Shown: positions 18,060-30,890 of the stretch, in pieces
Layout of the letters: each line of letters starts with the position of its first letter
How positions within the stretch are numbered: the stretch's first letter is position 1
From: the human T2T-CHM13v2.0 reference genome, Homo sapiens
Direction: 5' to 3' (one strand)
DNA length: 64,000 nucleotides
Assembly: GCF_009914755.1 (NCBI RefSeq)
Contig: NC_060933.1
Translations under genes and position numbers: made by a program
Notes under the pieces: model-generated
Told to the model about the DNA's origin: nothing
The model's input: the letters and a program-made list of their open reading frames with translations, nothing else
Databases searched by the model: none

Positions 18060-18134
18060 ATGGTGGGCGCCCCTCCCCCAGCCTTGCTGCTGCCTTGCAG
18101 TTCGATCTCAGACTGCTGTGCTAGCAATGAGTGA
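18060..18134 (+). pseudogene. L1 antisense ORF0 remnant (premature stop)
   Basis: Translates to MVGAPPPALLLPCSSISDCCASNE*, matching the primate ORF0 N-terminus (MAGAPPPASLPPCSLISDCCASN); the stop is a probable CGA>TGA CpG decay. Confidence 0.8.
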
Positions 18135-18899
18135 GGCTCCATGGGCATGAGACCCTCCGAGCCACGTGCGGGATATAATCTCCTGGTGTGCCGTTTGCTC
18201 AGTTGGAAATGCAGAAATTACCCATCTTCTGTGTCGCTCACACTGGGAGCTGTAGACTGGAGCTGTTCCTATTTGGCCATCTTGGAACCCAAATTTCTAT
18301 AATTTTTTTCTTTTACTTGGCCTTGTTGTTCTCCAAAATTTATTCATGTTTACATAATGGTGGTACAAACAGAAATGCAACTTTGGTTTCACAATTTACA
18401 TTGATAACTTCACATTCATTTGACAGTTTATTTCTGACAATTACAGATTTTACCTCCTTCTTGAACCTATGGACATTATATGAGACACAGTGATATGTGT
18501 AATGATGTGTAATGTATACATGTGGTAGGAACCCTGGGAACTGTAAACATACAGTGAAGCCCTGGAAGGTGAATAATTAAAATTTGGTGAAAGCTAACTG
18601 CTCTTGAGATTTTAAAGCCAGAAAACCTAAGAGTATCTCTTAGAGAAAATTTTATGTATGATCCAGGATTTGGAAAGACCATTCACTGCAAATTGGTAAA
18701 ATCAGAGAACTCCACTGACTATCATAGAATCAGAAGAGCTGAGGCAGATGCCCTGTGGGAACAGGATACTAACATAGAATCAAAAAATCAAACCTCTAGA
18801 GATAGGTACTAAGAGTAATGGTAGTGATTCAAACCAGAGAGTAAGATCTGAGCCACGAAAGCAGGGATTAGGAGAGTACCATTTGTAAATACAAGGCAC

Positions 18900-19100
18900 T
18901 CTAGTGTGTTCTTTTACATAGTTATCACAACAAACCTTCCAGGATACTCCAGTTTTACAGAGAATGGGATGGAGGCTCAGAGAGGCTTAATAATTTGCCT
19001 AAGGTCATACTGCTTATCAGTGTCCATATCAAAATTTGAAACAAGATCTGTATGAATCCAAATTAAGTGTTGAACCCACTATACAACAATGCCTCCTAGT
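18900..19100 (-). mobile_element. MIR SINE
   Basis: CCAGTTTTACAG...GAGGCTCAGAGAGGCTTAATAATTTGCCTAAGGTCATAC. Confidence 0.8.
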
Positions 19101-19174
19101 TGATGCTTAGGCTGCCTGTAGCTCATCTGATAGGAATGAATAAGAGCTATGGTCCCCATTCCTGGATTAGAAAT

Positions 19175-19393
19175 AAAGGAAAGAAGAAAGGGAGGGAGGA
19201 AGGGATGGAGGAAGGGAAAGAGGGAAGAAGGGACTGAGAGGGAGAAAAAGAAAGAATGAAAAAGACAGAAAGAAAGGAAGAAAGGAGCAAACGGAGGAAT
19301 GAAGGAAGGGAATGAGGAAGAAAGGGAGGGAGGAAGCAAGGAAAGAAGCGAGGAAGAAAGGAAGGAAGGAAACAAGGAAGGAAAAGAAAGAAA
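19175..19393. repeat. Degenerate (GGAA/GAAA)n polypurine tract
   Basis: ~220 bp almost entirely A/G. Confidence 0.95.
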
Positions 19394-19404
19394 TTTGGGG
19401 TTCT

Positions 19405-19515
19405 ACACTAGCACTACTGAAAATAAATCTTCAGGGATGTGTGACCCATGACTTTGTATTTTAAAAACTTTCTTCAGGTGATTCTCATACCCAAGGGCAG
19501 AGAACCACAGAGCTG
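19405..19515. mobile_element. MER5-like hAT-Charlie fragment
   Basis: TTTGTATTTTAAAAACTTTCTTCAGGTGATTCTCAT...AGAACCACAG end motif. Confidence 0.55.
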
Positions 19516-20017
19516 AAGGGGACTCTTGCTCTAGTTGTGGTGTTCGACTTGTGAATTCTAAATTCACTCAAGTTTTAAGGTTTTGTGTCCTAAGTCTCTT
19601 GCCTGTTGGATCTCAGAGTGAAAATTCTTCATGTTGATCTAAGGAAAAGTACTTAAAATTATATTCCATGCTTTGTTAATTCTAAAATGCACAATTTTTG
19701 CCTTTGAATATGTCTGAAATTGAGATGCATCCTACAAGTGATGATGCCATACAGTTTCCATCAACCAGGCAGCAAATATCATCACCTGTGCTTATGTGAA
19801 TCTGGCTGTCATTCCTGGTGGTCCACCTAGATAAGTACAATCCTTAACATTTCAGGCCAAACTCCTTAAGAATTAATTTTGGAAAGAAAATGGATCCTGA
19901 CAGTTGTCTAACAAACTTCATTGACAAGAACTAGTAAGATAAAGAAAGCAGCATCATTCATTAAAACTTGAAAGAAAACACCAGAAATAATAATGGAGTC
20001 TTCTTTTAAGAAAAACA

Positions 20018-20400
20018 GCAATAAAAATGAACAACATACTGGTACATGCTACGACATGGACGAACCTTGAGAACTAAGTGAAGAAGCAAGTCACAGAAAA
20101 AAGCAGATGTGGCATGATTCCATTTATATGAAATGTTCAGAGTAGGCAAATCAACAAAGACAGAAGGTAGGTTAGTGGTTGCATAGGGTTGAGGAAATAA
20201 GGGGAAAGTAAGGAGTGACTGCTAATGGGTATAGGGTTTATTTTGGGGTGTTGAAAATGTCCTAAAATTGACCGTGGTGATAATCGCACAACTCTGTCAA
20301 TGTGCTATCAAATTGTACACTTTCAATGGGTGAAGTTGTATGGTATGTAAATTATATTGCAATGAAGCTATTAAAAAAATCTATGAGGGAGGGAAAAAAA
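20018..20400 (+). mobile_element. L1MB-type 3' end fragment
   Basis: CATGCTACGACATGGACGAACCTTGAGAAC...GAGTGACTGCTAATGGGTATAGGGTTT...TATGGTATGTAAATTATAT plus A-tail. Confidence 0.85.
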
Positions 20401-20566
20401 AAAGAAATGTAACATTACTAACTGTCTGGCTGGCAGAGAGGACAATAGTATATGGAAAAAAAATTTAAAGACTGAGTCAAAAAGTGGTTTAGAAAAGGCA
20501 GACACTGAATGCAAAGTTTTATGAACATTTGAACACTTATTTTGTTTATAGCACAAGAACGATGCA

Positions 20567-20897
20567 CAGTAGTCCCCACTTTCCAGGGAGGATATGTTTT
20601 AAGACCCCAGTGGACGTCTGAAACCACAGATGGTACCAACCCTATATATACTATGGTTTTCAATCTAATAACCTGGACGGCTACTGAGTGACTAACGGGT
20701 GTATACGCTGGACAAAGGAATGCTTCACACCCTGGGTGGGATGGTGCAAGATTTCATCACACTGCTCAGAATGGCGTGGATTTACAACTTATGAATTGTT
20801 TACTTCTGGAATTTTCTATTTAATATTTTTGGACTTTAGCTGATTACAGGTGACTGAAACTGGAGAAGACAAAACCATGGATAAGTGGAGACTACTG
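20567..20897 (+). mobile_element. MER44A-like Tigger MITE
   Basis: Terminal inverted repeats CAGTAGTCCCCACTT...AAGTGGAGACTACTG, TA at right flank, ~330 bp. Confidence 0.85.
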
Positions 20898-21447
20898 TAT
20901 TATAAAAATATAATCAGAATAAATGAGCCCTTTCAATGAGCTCCAAAAATATAATTGATAAGAAACCATTGGGTTATAGTTCAGTTGGCATCATTTTCTT
21001 TGCTTTATAAATGGCACATAAAATAAAGTGTCTCTTAAAATGAATCGCATCTTGATGTGATAAAATATAGCATGTGACTCAGCTACATGAGACTGCTTTT
21101 CCAGCCAATGGCTAGCTGTAAAATACTGGCTGTATTCTTTACCTTCTCCATTCCTAAGATTTCATGTCTCTATATTGGGTCTATTTCTATGGATCCTCTT
21201 GGCTCTGAGATATTCTAGTTCTAATTCAAATTTTTATTCATGTCTGGTGGGAAATTTATCATTTATTATTAGATCCTGCATCAGATCACAGGCTTAAAAC
21301 ATAAGGAAAAGAGAAAAAAAATCATACCCATCTAAATTTATCTTTTACTGAAAGAAACATGCAAGAAGAAAGAGGTAAAATGATTTCTTGCAGTTTTCCC
21401 TCTAATTATATGTAGAGTTTCACTTCTTAATCCTCTCTGAATCTCAG

Positions 21448-21747
21448 ATCCCCAGAGACGTGAAGATGCATGGAATAACACGTGAAGAGAGGAAACTTCG
21501 GGCCTGTGGTCAAAATGTGTTCACCACGGCAGACAACTGCTTGGGTGACAGCTTTGGCCTCTGGATGAATTCTCCTTGGCGAGCAATCGTCCCACCTGTA
21601 GGTGCCTTCATGATCGTCTGTGTGCAGGGCACCAAGCAGGCCATCTAAAGCCACTAATCTCAAAGAGAGCTTACCCAGGGACAGGACTTTCCAAAAGGAA
21701 AGGAGCACAATAGAAGAGAATGGCTGCTGCTAAGTTCCATCCAACAG
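21448..21747 (+). ncRNA. Candidate non-coding exon (300 nt)
   Basis: Non-repetitive sequence bounded by TTTCACTTCTTAATCCTCTCTGAATCTCAG| and CAACAG|GTGAAT; no homology recognised in any frame. Confidence 0.35.
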
Positions 21748-21961
21748 GTGAATTTAGTGGATTTTAAAATTCCTTTTTAGTTGCTGGTCTTCATAAGAGA
21801 TTATTTTTGTCTAAAATGCAAGCACCCATTTTTATCTTGCAGTCTCCAAAATAATTGAGAAATTGGAAATGCCTAAATGTCCAGCACTAAATAAATGATT
21901 AATAATATTTGAGATACCCATATTATGAAACAGTATATGAACATGAAAATTTTTACAAAAG

Positions 21962-21993
21962 TTTTTCCCCTAGTTTTGAAACTAGGGGAAAAA
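21962..21993. repeat. Perfect inverted repeat, 15-bp arms, 2-nt loop
   Basis: TTTTTCCCCTAGTTT-TG-AAACTAGGGGAAAAA. Confidence 0.97.
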
Positions 21994-22399
21994 GTTTGAA
22001 TGCCACATCTAATGAAAAAAAAAAGCAGAAAAAAATATACATGACATTCTCCACTATATAAGGAATGGACATTGAGGAAAGAAATATGCCAAAATTATGA
22101 TATTATTAGGCTGGTATAGTTGTAACTTACTCATGTTTCTGCATTCCCATTCTATAATAAATGTGTCATACTCTTTTCTATCATAAAATTAATTTTACAC
22201 AATTTTAAACATTTTTCTTATAACAGAAAATAAAATGTGATCATAGTAGGAAATTTAGGCGGGAAAGAGAAAATATAAATCTGCCAGATCTAACACAAAG
22301 AAAATAACTGATAATATAACATTTTGGTATATACTCTTATAGTCATTTTTTCTTGAACAGATGGACAATACAGAGAGTGAGAAAGGGTCTATAATCTTA

Positions 22400-22800
22400 T
22401 GAGCCACTGCAAGTTCTACCCAACCTATAATGAGAGCAGGCCCCAACACATGGAACACTGGGCCCTTGTTGCCATGGTTTTCCTAGTTAACTCTATTGCT
22501 TTAATCATAGTTAATTGGACTGAGAGTAAAAACTTAACCCAAGGTGATCCACTCACATTTATTGCCCAGGAATTACAGCTGATAGTACTAAGGTACCAGG
22601 AAGATAGGCAGTGGATGAAACACTGCACCAGATTGGGGAAGTGACTCTAACCATGGGCAGATGGAAGCAGAGACAGAACAAGGCAAGAGCTGATGGGCCC
22701 TCCAAAGACTGAGAGAATAGCACATGTGGTGTCTAATAACTTCTCAGATTCTGTGTCTTCTTGATTTATAAGATTTCCCCTTCAGCTCTCAATAAAGACA
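22400..22800 (+). mobile_element. Old ERVL/MaLR-like LTR remnant (MLT1/LTR33-like)
   Basis: AATTGGACTGAGAGTAAAAACTTAACCCAAGGTGATCCACTCAC...CCCAGGAATT resembles old MLT/LTR33 motifs. Confidence 0.4.
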
Positions 22801-22849
22801 TCCACATCCCTAAAACCAGAAGTGCTTTAATTATATACCATTTTAAATT

Positions 22850-23090
22850 AAATTTTTAAATTTTAAGATAATTGTAGATTCATATGCAGTTATAAGAAAT
22901 AATAGAGAGAGACCTTGTGTACTCTTTACCCAGTTTTCTCCTGTGGTAACATCTTGCAAACCTATAATTCAATATCACAGCCAGGATACTGGTATCGACA
23001 CAGTCAAGAAACAGAACATTTTCATTACCACAATTATTTCTCATGATTTTTTTTATAGTCACACTACTTTCCTCTTGCTCCTGCTCCACA
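22850..23090 (-). mobile_element. L1MC-type 3' end fragment
   Basis: AGATTCATATGCAGTTATAAGAAATAATAGAGAGAG...GGTAACATCTTGCAAACCTAT. Confidence 0.8.
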
Positions 23091-23608
23091 TACTATTTTG
23101 TAAAATGTTTTCTGCAATAGTAATATTTAAATGACTGTCTTTTATTTCCTTTTTATTAAACATTATTTAACTGAACCCTAATAAACACCCTTACATGTAA
23201 ATCTTTTATAAATAACTTTTCTTAGAATAAGCAAATTCTCTTGATACATATTGCTAATTTGCCTTCAAGAAAGTTTGACAAATTTACATTAGCACCAACA
23301 AAATATTTTTAATGAAATAAAAAGGTAACATAAACTTTTAGTGGTTTATAAGATCTTCTGAGATCCATCATTTACAAGGGTGCCTAATAAATTCTGCCAC
23401 TTCAATTGAGCAAGTTGTTTTAAAATCAGATCAGTTCAAGTTAATATGTTTATTACTTTTGGTCAAAGATCATTGCAAGGGTATTAGAAAAAAATATAAA
23501 TTCAATGTTAACTTTAAAAACAACTTAGAAAAACCTGAACAAAGCCAAGTTATATATATTCTGGGAAAAAAATAGATTACATTTTGGAGTTACAAAAGAG
23601 AATCATCA

Positions 23609-23951
<343 letters not shown>

Positions 23952-24211
23952 CTATTATTTTTGGTATAAGCTTGATGTTCACCTTTGGAATCATCCAGCT
24001 GAAAAAAAATCATATAGTATCTTGTTGGACAGAAATATTTTTGGAACTCTCTTTTAAATTGATTATAACCTCTACTAGATAAGCACCCTAAAGACCATCC
24101 GGCACATTTTTTGGTTGGTTGGTTGTTTTTGCATGCATAGAAAAAATTGAAAGAAAATGAAGAGAGTTCTTCATAATCACAGGTATAGAGATTATAGCAT
24201 AAGGGCAGTCT

Positions 24212-24461
24212 GATTGCTTGAGCTCAGGAGTTTGAGACCAGCCTGGGCAACATAACAAAACCCTATCTGTATGAAAACTACAAAAAAAAAAAAAATTAGC
24301 TGGGCATGGTGGCGTGTGACTGCCGTCCCAGCTATTCTGAAGGCTGAGGTGGGAGGATCACCCAAGCCTAGGGAGGCTGAGGCTGCAATGATCCATCATT
24401 TTACCACTGCACTCTAGCCTGGGCAACAGAGTGACACCCTGTCTCAAAAAAAAAAAAAAAA
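24212..24461 (+). mobile_element. 5'-truncated Alu (AluJ-like)
   Basis: Starts mid left monomer; right monomer and A-tail present. Confidence 0.93.
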
Positions 24462-26724
24462 TTGTCAGTCTAATACACACTGTTGTTGATCATGGTGTAC
24501 AGTAGTTTTGCAACAGATTGCCATAAAAAAAGTTTAACATTCATTAAAAAACAGGAGTTCCACAAGGTAAAATAACTCACTGCTGTGCCATATCCTGTGT
24601 TGTTCAGTTGAACCAGTGATCCCTTTCAAATTATAATCCCTTAAGATAATAGTCTTTATTTTCCTTGTCCCTCTCTCCAGTGGCCTCTTTTGAAAAGTCG
24701 TCCTCATCCACAGATGGTCAACATTATGATGGAATTTTGTTTTCCTCTCATGTGAATTTGGAGCTGATAGATGCTTCTCAGCTCCTTGCTGGGACCTCAC
24801 TGACAAACCCGCTGGCCCCAGAACTACTTGTGACATCAGGATGACGCTTGTGAGGTTCCTGTTGGTATCTTCTGCTGAGCTACAGGGCCCAGTGGACAAA
24901 CACTGATGAGAACGTGAAGTTCAGAATTCGTTACTGCCCCTCACAAAGCCTATGTGACCGGGAGTAGATGACTAAACCCTTCACTGTCTTTTCTCCTATT
25001 AGAACATAACATTGTCTAGTTCTAACACAGAGAACAGAAAATGAGTTAGCAATGTCCAAATTCCCTGCAGAAACACTTGGGAATCGACTGCCAAAACGAC
25101 CTTCTCTGCAAATTCAGGGGTTACACTCAAAACTCTCCAAGGGCACTTAGTGGCTGACATACTAGTATTCTATGATGAATCAGCCCTGAAATTTGCACTG
25201 AGACAGTCATACTAAGGAATATGCAGTGTCTGGGGAGAAATGAGGTATTTGGATGAAAAATGGAGTGTCCCCAGATATTTGGGGGAGGAGATAGGAGCAA
25301 CCCAGAAACCCTCCATGTCTAATCAAGTGACTCATCTTGTGACAGCAGTCCCCATCCTCCATTCCACCTCACCAAAAAAAGATGTTTTGCATCGAAAATC
25401 ACCATTCACAAAGAACACAAGGTGTCTTAGACATGATAGTAGTAGGTCTTTCCCTGAAATGCTCCACCTTTGCTCCTTTAAAATTTTTAGCAGTTATTTG
25501 CTATGTTTCCCCATGCCAGAAAAAGAGGAAAGGATGATTTGGGTTCTTCTATTTATGTAGATGTCACGTGCTTTTGACAGTTCCATCACATTTCTGACAG
25601 TTACATATTTTTATTCATGAGTTATTTGATGGATTGGTTCTTTGGGGGCATCAGAAGTTTACACTGGAACAAAGTTAAGGACATACAGACCTCATACTTT
25701 TGACACCAAAGGTCACACTTTGGATTAGGCGCTAGGGGCCAGGCCTCTAGACCACAGGAGCAAACACAACAGCAGTTTTTCAGAAGCCAAATCGGTGGGA
25801 AACAAGGCAAAGATGAAGCTGAGAGAGATTTTTGTGGCTGTTTTAAGGACATAAAAAGTCATGAAGCATAAAAAGGCCTCATAGGGATTCCCCCTTATTC
25901 CCAGCTGCAGAAACATTCTGCCTAGCTCATTTTGGAATCTGAGCCAGAAGACCCTTGGTGAGAGTGCCAATGGCCTGCTCCTGGCCCAGCTACCTGCTCC
26001 CCTGTATGCCTTAGAAAACATGGACAGGCCCGGCTCCTCCTCAGCCTTGGGACAGTTCCTTCCAGCTTCCCAGCCAGCTTCCCAGAGATGTTCTTGGACT
26101 GCACCAGCAACTGCTGGCCTAGAGTCAGTCCAAGTGCCCAGATGTGCCAATGCAGAGCCAGGGATGCCAGACTTGGCATGGGGGTCCGCCTGCCTGGGGC
26201 CATTGGCTTGCCTCAAGAAAATAGAGTTTGAGAGGGCCTGGAGTTTCAGCCCCTAGATGGGGCTGGGTGCCAGTGGTTTTCTGTAATTACACATGGTCCT
26301 AAAATGTGTTGTTCTCAAAATTGGAAAATGAACTGTGGATTGGAGTCTCCACATGTACCCACCATTCTATACAAAATGCTTCATTTGGGAATATTCAATT
26401 CTTTTTCATTTCCTTAAAGCAGTCATTTTTCAAACATTTTCAAAGCAGTAGAATCCACCTTTCCAAGAAACCTTACACATATATCCCACAGGGAAACCGA
26501 CGAGATTGGGGCTTACACACCCTACTCCATTAAGCAATTTCATTGTATAGCTTGTCATCCCCTGAGGTCTAACCACAGTTTCCTTAAGCTTGCAGAAAAA
26601 CTTATTTGAAAGCAATAGTTTAAGAAGTTTTAGAAACAAATCCATTCTTTCTTAAAATCCAATGTTTTCATGACCAATTTTTAGCAGAAAAAAAATAAGA
26701 AAATTCATATTTTTTTCAGTGTCA

Positions 26725-26815
26725 AAATTCATTCAACAAACATTTTCTGAATATAGGGTACAAGCCAGGCACTGAGCTGGGCATTGAGGATGAAGAGATG
26801 AAACACAATTCTAGC
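26725..26815 (-). mobile_element. L2 3' tail fragment
   Basis: ATTCATTCAACAAACATTTTCTGAAT...CCAGGCACTGAGCTGGGCATTGAGGAT. Confidence 0.75.
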
Positions 26816-27279
26816 ATCTAAATAGACCTTTGTTGGTGAGTGGCCTTGGGAAAGTCATTTGCATCTCTCTGAGTCCCTGTGAAATCATGAAGGAAAAAAG
26901 TGCTAACAATGTGAGAACTGATGATTATTGTCATATGGACTCTTCATTTTACACTAAAGGAAGTTGAGTTCCAGAGTGGGATATCAGACTCAAGGCCCAG
27001 ACTTCACTTCTGGTCTCCTGACTTCCAAGTGAACAGTGTTGCAGCTTCCCTGACTGCAGTTATAGGAGAAGACAGGGAGGAGATAAAGATGAGAGTGCCT
27101 CGGGAAGAGCAGGGATGGAGGAGACAACCTGAGTCTTCTGATCCAAAGGTAAAAACTGAAGATACTGAGTATTAGATGATGGGGCAAAAGGACTGCAGAA
27201 GTTGGGTATTCAGAGCCTCATAGAAATGACGTGAAAATCCAATATACCAGTTTGGTATACAATGAGTTCCCATTACAGA

Positions 27280-27510
27280 TGACATTCCTTATGGTTTTCA
27301 CAGCATTTACACTGCCAGTATCATATTTAACCCTCCCAGCAAGCATCTAGATAGGGTAGGAGGGACATTGTCCCCATTTCAGAAATGGAGAAACTGAGTC
27401 TCAGAGATGTAAGCTGACTTGCCCAATGTTGAACAACTGATAAGTAGCAGAGCCTGGATACCTTAGTGAGTCAGGGGCTATGAGTTCTACCCTTTCTGTT
27501 CCAGTTGAGT
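27280..27510 (-). mobile_element. MIR SINE
   Basis: CCCCATTTCAGAAATGGAGAAACTGAGTCTCAGAGATGTAAGCTGACTTGCCCAA. Confidence 0.8.
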
Positions 27511-28229
27511 AATGTATTGAGTTAAGAGATAGGCATGGGTCTGAATTCTGTCCTAGGAGTGTGAAGATGGAGTGACATTGAGAGAACTGCAGAAGAAAGG
27601 GACTTGGCATTTATGGAGCATACACCTGTACCATCATATCAAAATGCAACACAGCTATTGCCTCTTGGAACATTATAATAGAATGGGGAAATCAAGTATA
27701 TAAAGAGGTAAATAGCATCTAGGGTCATGAGTCCTATACCAGAGATATGCACAGGAGCTTGTTTAATGATTATAGCAACCAGGTAACAGACTTTTTACTA
27801 AATTTCCAACTCTCTGATGAGAAAACTGCGACTCTGAGAGTCCAAGTAACCAGCTCCCAGGTCATGCAATCAATACATTGAGGGAGCAGGCGTTGAACTC
27901 TTGTCACTGACTCCAAAGCCCTCTTTGTACTTTACCCAGCTGCCCGCAGCTTCTATGAGAGTGTCTGCAGGCACGCCGGCTGGAGGGGGTAGGAATAATA
28001 TTATTTCATTTATGTTTTATTTATGTGGTGGTGTGATATTTATCTAGCAGCTTTCATCTGGGAAATGTGAAGTGTTTTATAAACAGGTTCTTATTTTTTT
28101 CTCCCTCCCCTTCCACTCCTCCACCTGAGTACTTAAGAACCAAAGAGGTTTCCAGAGAAGACCAAGGTCACAAGGGTGGACAGATGTATATGGGATGGTG
28201 GTTCCCCATGTGTGGATGCAGCTGTGTTT

Positions 28230-28730
28230 GGTGATAACAGCAATAATCTCTTACATTTGTATATCCCTCTGTTGTTTACTAACCTGTTTCGTGTCCAACT
28301 TTTATTTGATACCCACACCAGTCATGTGAAATTGGCAAGACAAGCATCAATTTACAGAGGAGGAAACTGAGGTCCAGAGAGATCAATTAAACTGTCTAAA
28401 GTCACATGGCCTGACATAAAAGTAGTGGAGAGTCAAACTCAGGTCTGCTGATTCATACAAAAACAGTGTTGTGTAATGGCTAAGAGGCTGAACTTTGGAA
28501 TCAGGCTGAATTGAGTTTGATTCTGATCTCCTCTGTGCCTTCAGGGCTATGTACCTGCGGTGGTGGACTTCATCTTTCCAATCCTACTTCCTTATCTGTG
28601 AAGTGGGCAAACCAATCATTTTTACCCCAGAGAGCTGTGAAGAACCTGTATCAGTTATACAGAAAGTTAAAGAACTTATCGCAGTGCCTGGTAGGTGGAG
28701 ATCTCTCAATAAACAGCAGCTATAACTAAG
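28230..28730. mobile_element. Two adjacent MIRs in opposite orientation (- 28230-28455; + 28463-28730)
   Basis: TTTACAGAGGAGGAAACTGAGGTCCAGAGAG then GTGTAATGGCTAAGAGGCTGAACTTTGGAATCAGGCTG. Confidence 0.75.
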
Positions 28731-29424
28731 ATCCCAACCAAGGTCTCTTTCCACTATAACCAGTGTCTGAGAGGAGGGCTTGGAGCTCACATACACCTGA
28801 GAGGGTCTATTTGCAGGCAGGTCAAGGCGCCCGGTTTACCTGAGCTGCCCCCCAAGCTGAGGTTCTGTGTCCCATTCCCTCCCCTCCAGGCATCAGCCTC
28901 TGCGTGGGGTGCATTCTCAGGCAGGCTGTCTGAGGCAGCAGCTGCGGGAGGCATACACTCCCAACTCACCCCCACACACCCTGCCCACCTGTCTCCACTC
29001 CTTGCCTCTGGCAGCCCCACTTTGCCTAGGAGAAAAGCAGCAAACCTGCGTCCTCAGGTGCTCTCCTCTTAGCTCCCCCACCCCAGGATGCAGCCAAAGA
29101 AAACCAAAGCACTCTGTTTTCTAAGCCGGAGCCAGGAGCGATTCCCGTAAGGCACTGCCTGGCTTAATGGGGCTGTGTCTGGGCCTTGCCTCTAAGCCAG
29201 GCTCTGGCAGTCAGGAGGCTGCCCTCCTGCCTGGCTCCATCAGAGGCCGTGGCATTTGCTTAAGGTGATTCAAAGTCGAGGCCAAGGGGACAGAGATGGC
29301 AGGAGGCTTGGTTCTGGTTCTGTCTGTACTGACTCACAGCATGACTCTGGACATGACCCTGACCAGCTCCAGGCCTCAGTGCCTCTGTCTCTCTACCTTT
29401 ACTAAACGGCAGCTGCTTCTATGT

Positions 29425-29922
<498 letters not shown>

Positions 29923-30890
29923 ACCCTAAATAAATGCTGAGATCCCTGTAAGCTTTTGCATTTAAGGATTCTATCAAAGAGATAAAGGAGTAAGAAACAG
30001 AGACTTCTAGAAGGAGAAATTCTGATGGGTTTTGGTCTTTAAAGTATCATCAAATTAAGTTGTCTCATTGGACAGATGGGAAAATTGGGGCCCCAAACTA
30101 AGGGATGAGTTTAAAACCACATAATGAGCGGCTGGTGGCCTGGTCTAGAACCTGTGTCATCTGAAGCAAACCACAAAAATGTCAGTAATAAAAAGATCAG
30201 AGGAGGAGGAGGAGGAAGCTGAAAATAAAGAAAGAAGGAAATGCAAAAAAGGGCAAATAAAAAATGAAAAAAAAAAAACAGAAGGAAGTAAAAGAAAGGA
30301 ATGGGAGGTCAGGGAAGAGAAAGGGGTAAAACGTAGAGGGACAAAAAGAAATAAAAGCCACAACTGAGGCACGAGCAACTCGGATAGTACCCTGTGAGTC
30401 AGGGCAGCTCTGAGCCACACTTGGCTGTACAGTTCGTATTTGGCAATTGCAACCCGGGCAAGAGCTCTGATCCCAGCTGGGGCCCCAGGCCCAGGGCTGG
30501 AGCCTGCGTGGGGACGGTCTGACTCACAGCTGCTACTTCCTCACCCTGTTTCCAGCCTCTTGCTCAATCCAGGCAGGAGGCAGGATAGATGCTCTTTTGC
30601 AAGGTGATCCCAGCCCAGAGGGCCCTGCAACCTTTATGAAACAATTCTGGTTAGGTGTAGGAAACAAATGGGGCAGCAGACCCTGTACTCCCAACATGCT
30701 GAACAGCAAGATGACTCCCAAAGCGGCCAGCCCTTTCCTGCCTCCAGGCCTTTGTTTGATGCCCATTTCCACTGGAGTGCCCTTCCCCACAGATACCCTG
30801 CCTCACATGGCATCTGAGGCCTCCCAAGTCTGGCCCTGTAATATCTCTCTACTCATGGTTCCCCTCCATGCTTTCTACACTACCCATAAA

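Larger units (their letters stand above)
19662..21070. mobile_element. Old Tigger-like (TcMar) DNA transposon, interrupted by L1MB and MER44
   Basis: Degenerate terminal motifs (TTAATTCTAAAATGCAC...GAGATGCATCCTACAA; TCTTAAAATGAATCGCATCTTGATGTGATAAAATATAG); host sequence TTTTAAGAAA|ATGTAACATTACTAAC rejoins across the L1MB. Confidence 0.55.

Noticed and set aside
19175-19393. GGAA microsatellite enhancer of the EWS-FLI1 type
   Set aside because: The tract is degenerate, with only about three consecutive perfect GGAA units.
25725-26256. 163-aa minus-strand ORF and overlapping ORFs
   Set aside because: No recognisable homology; several frames are open because of local GC richness.
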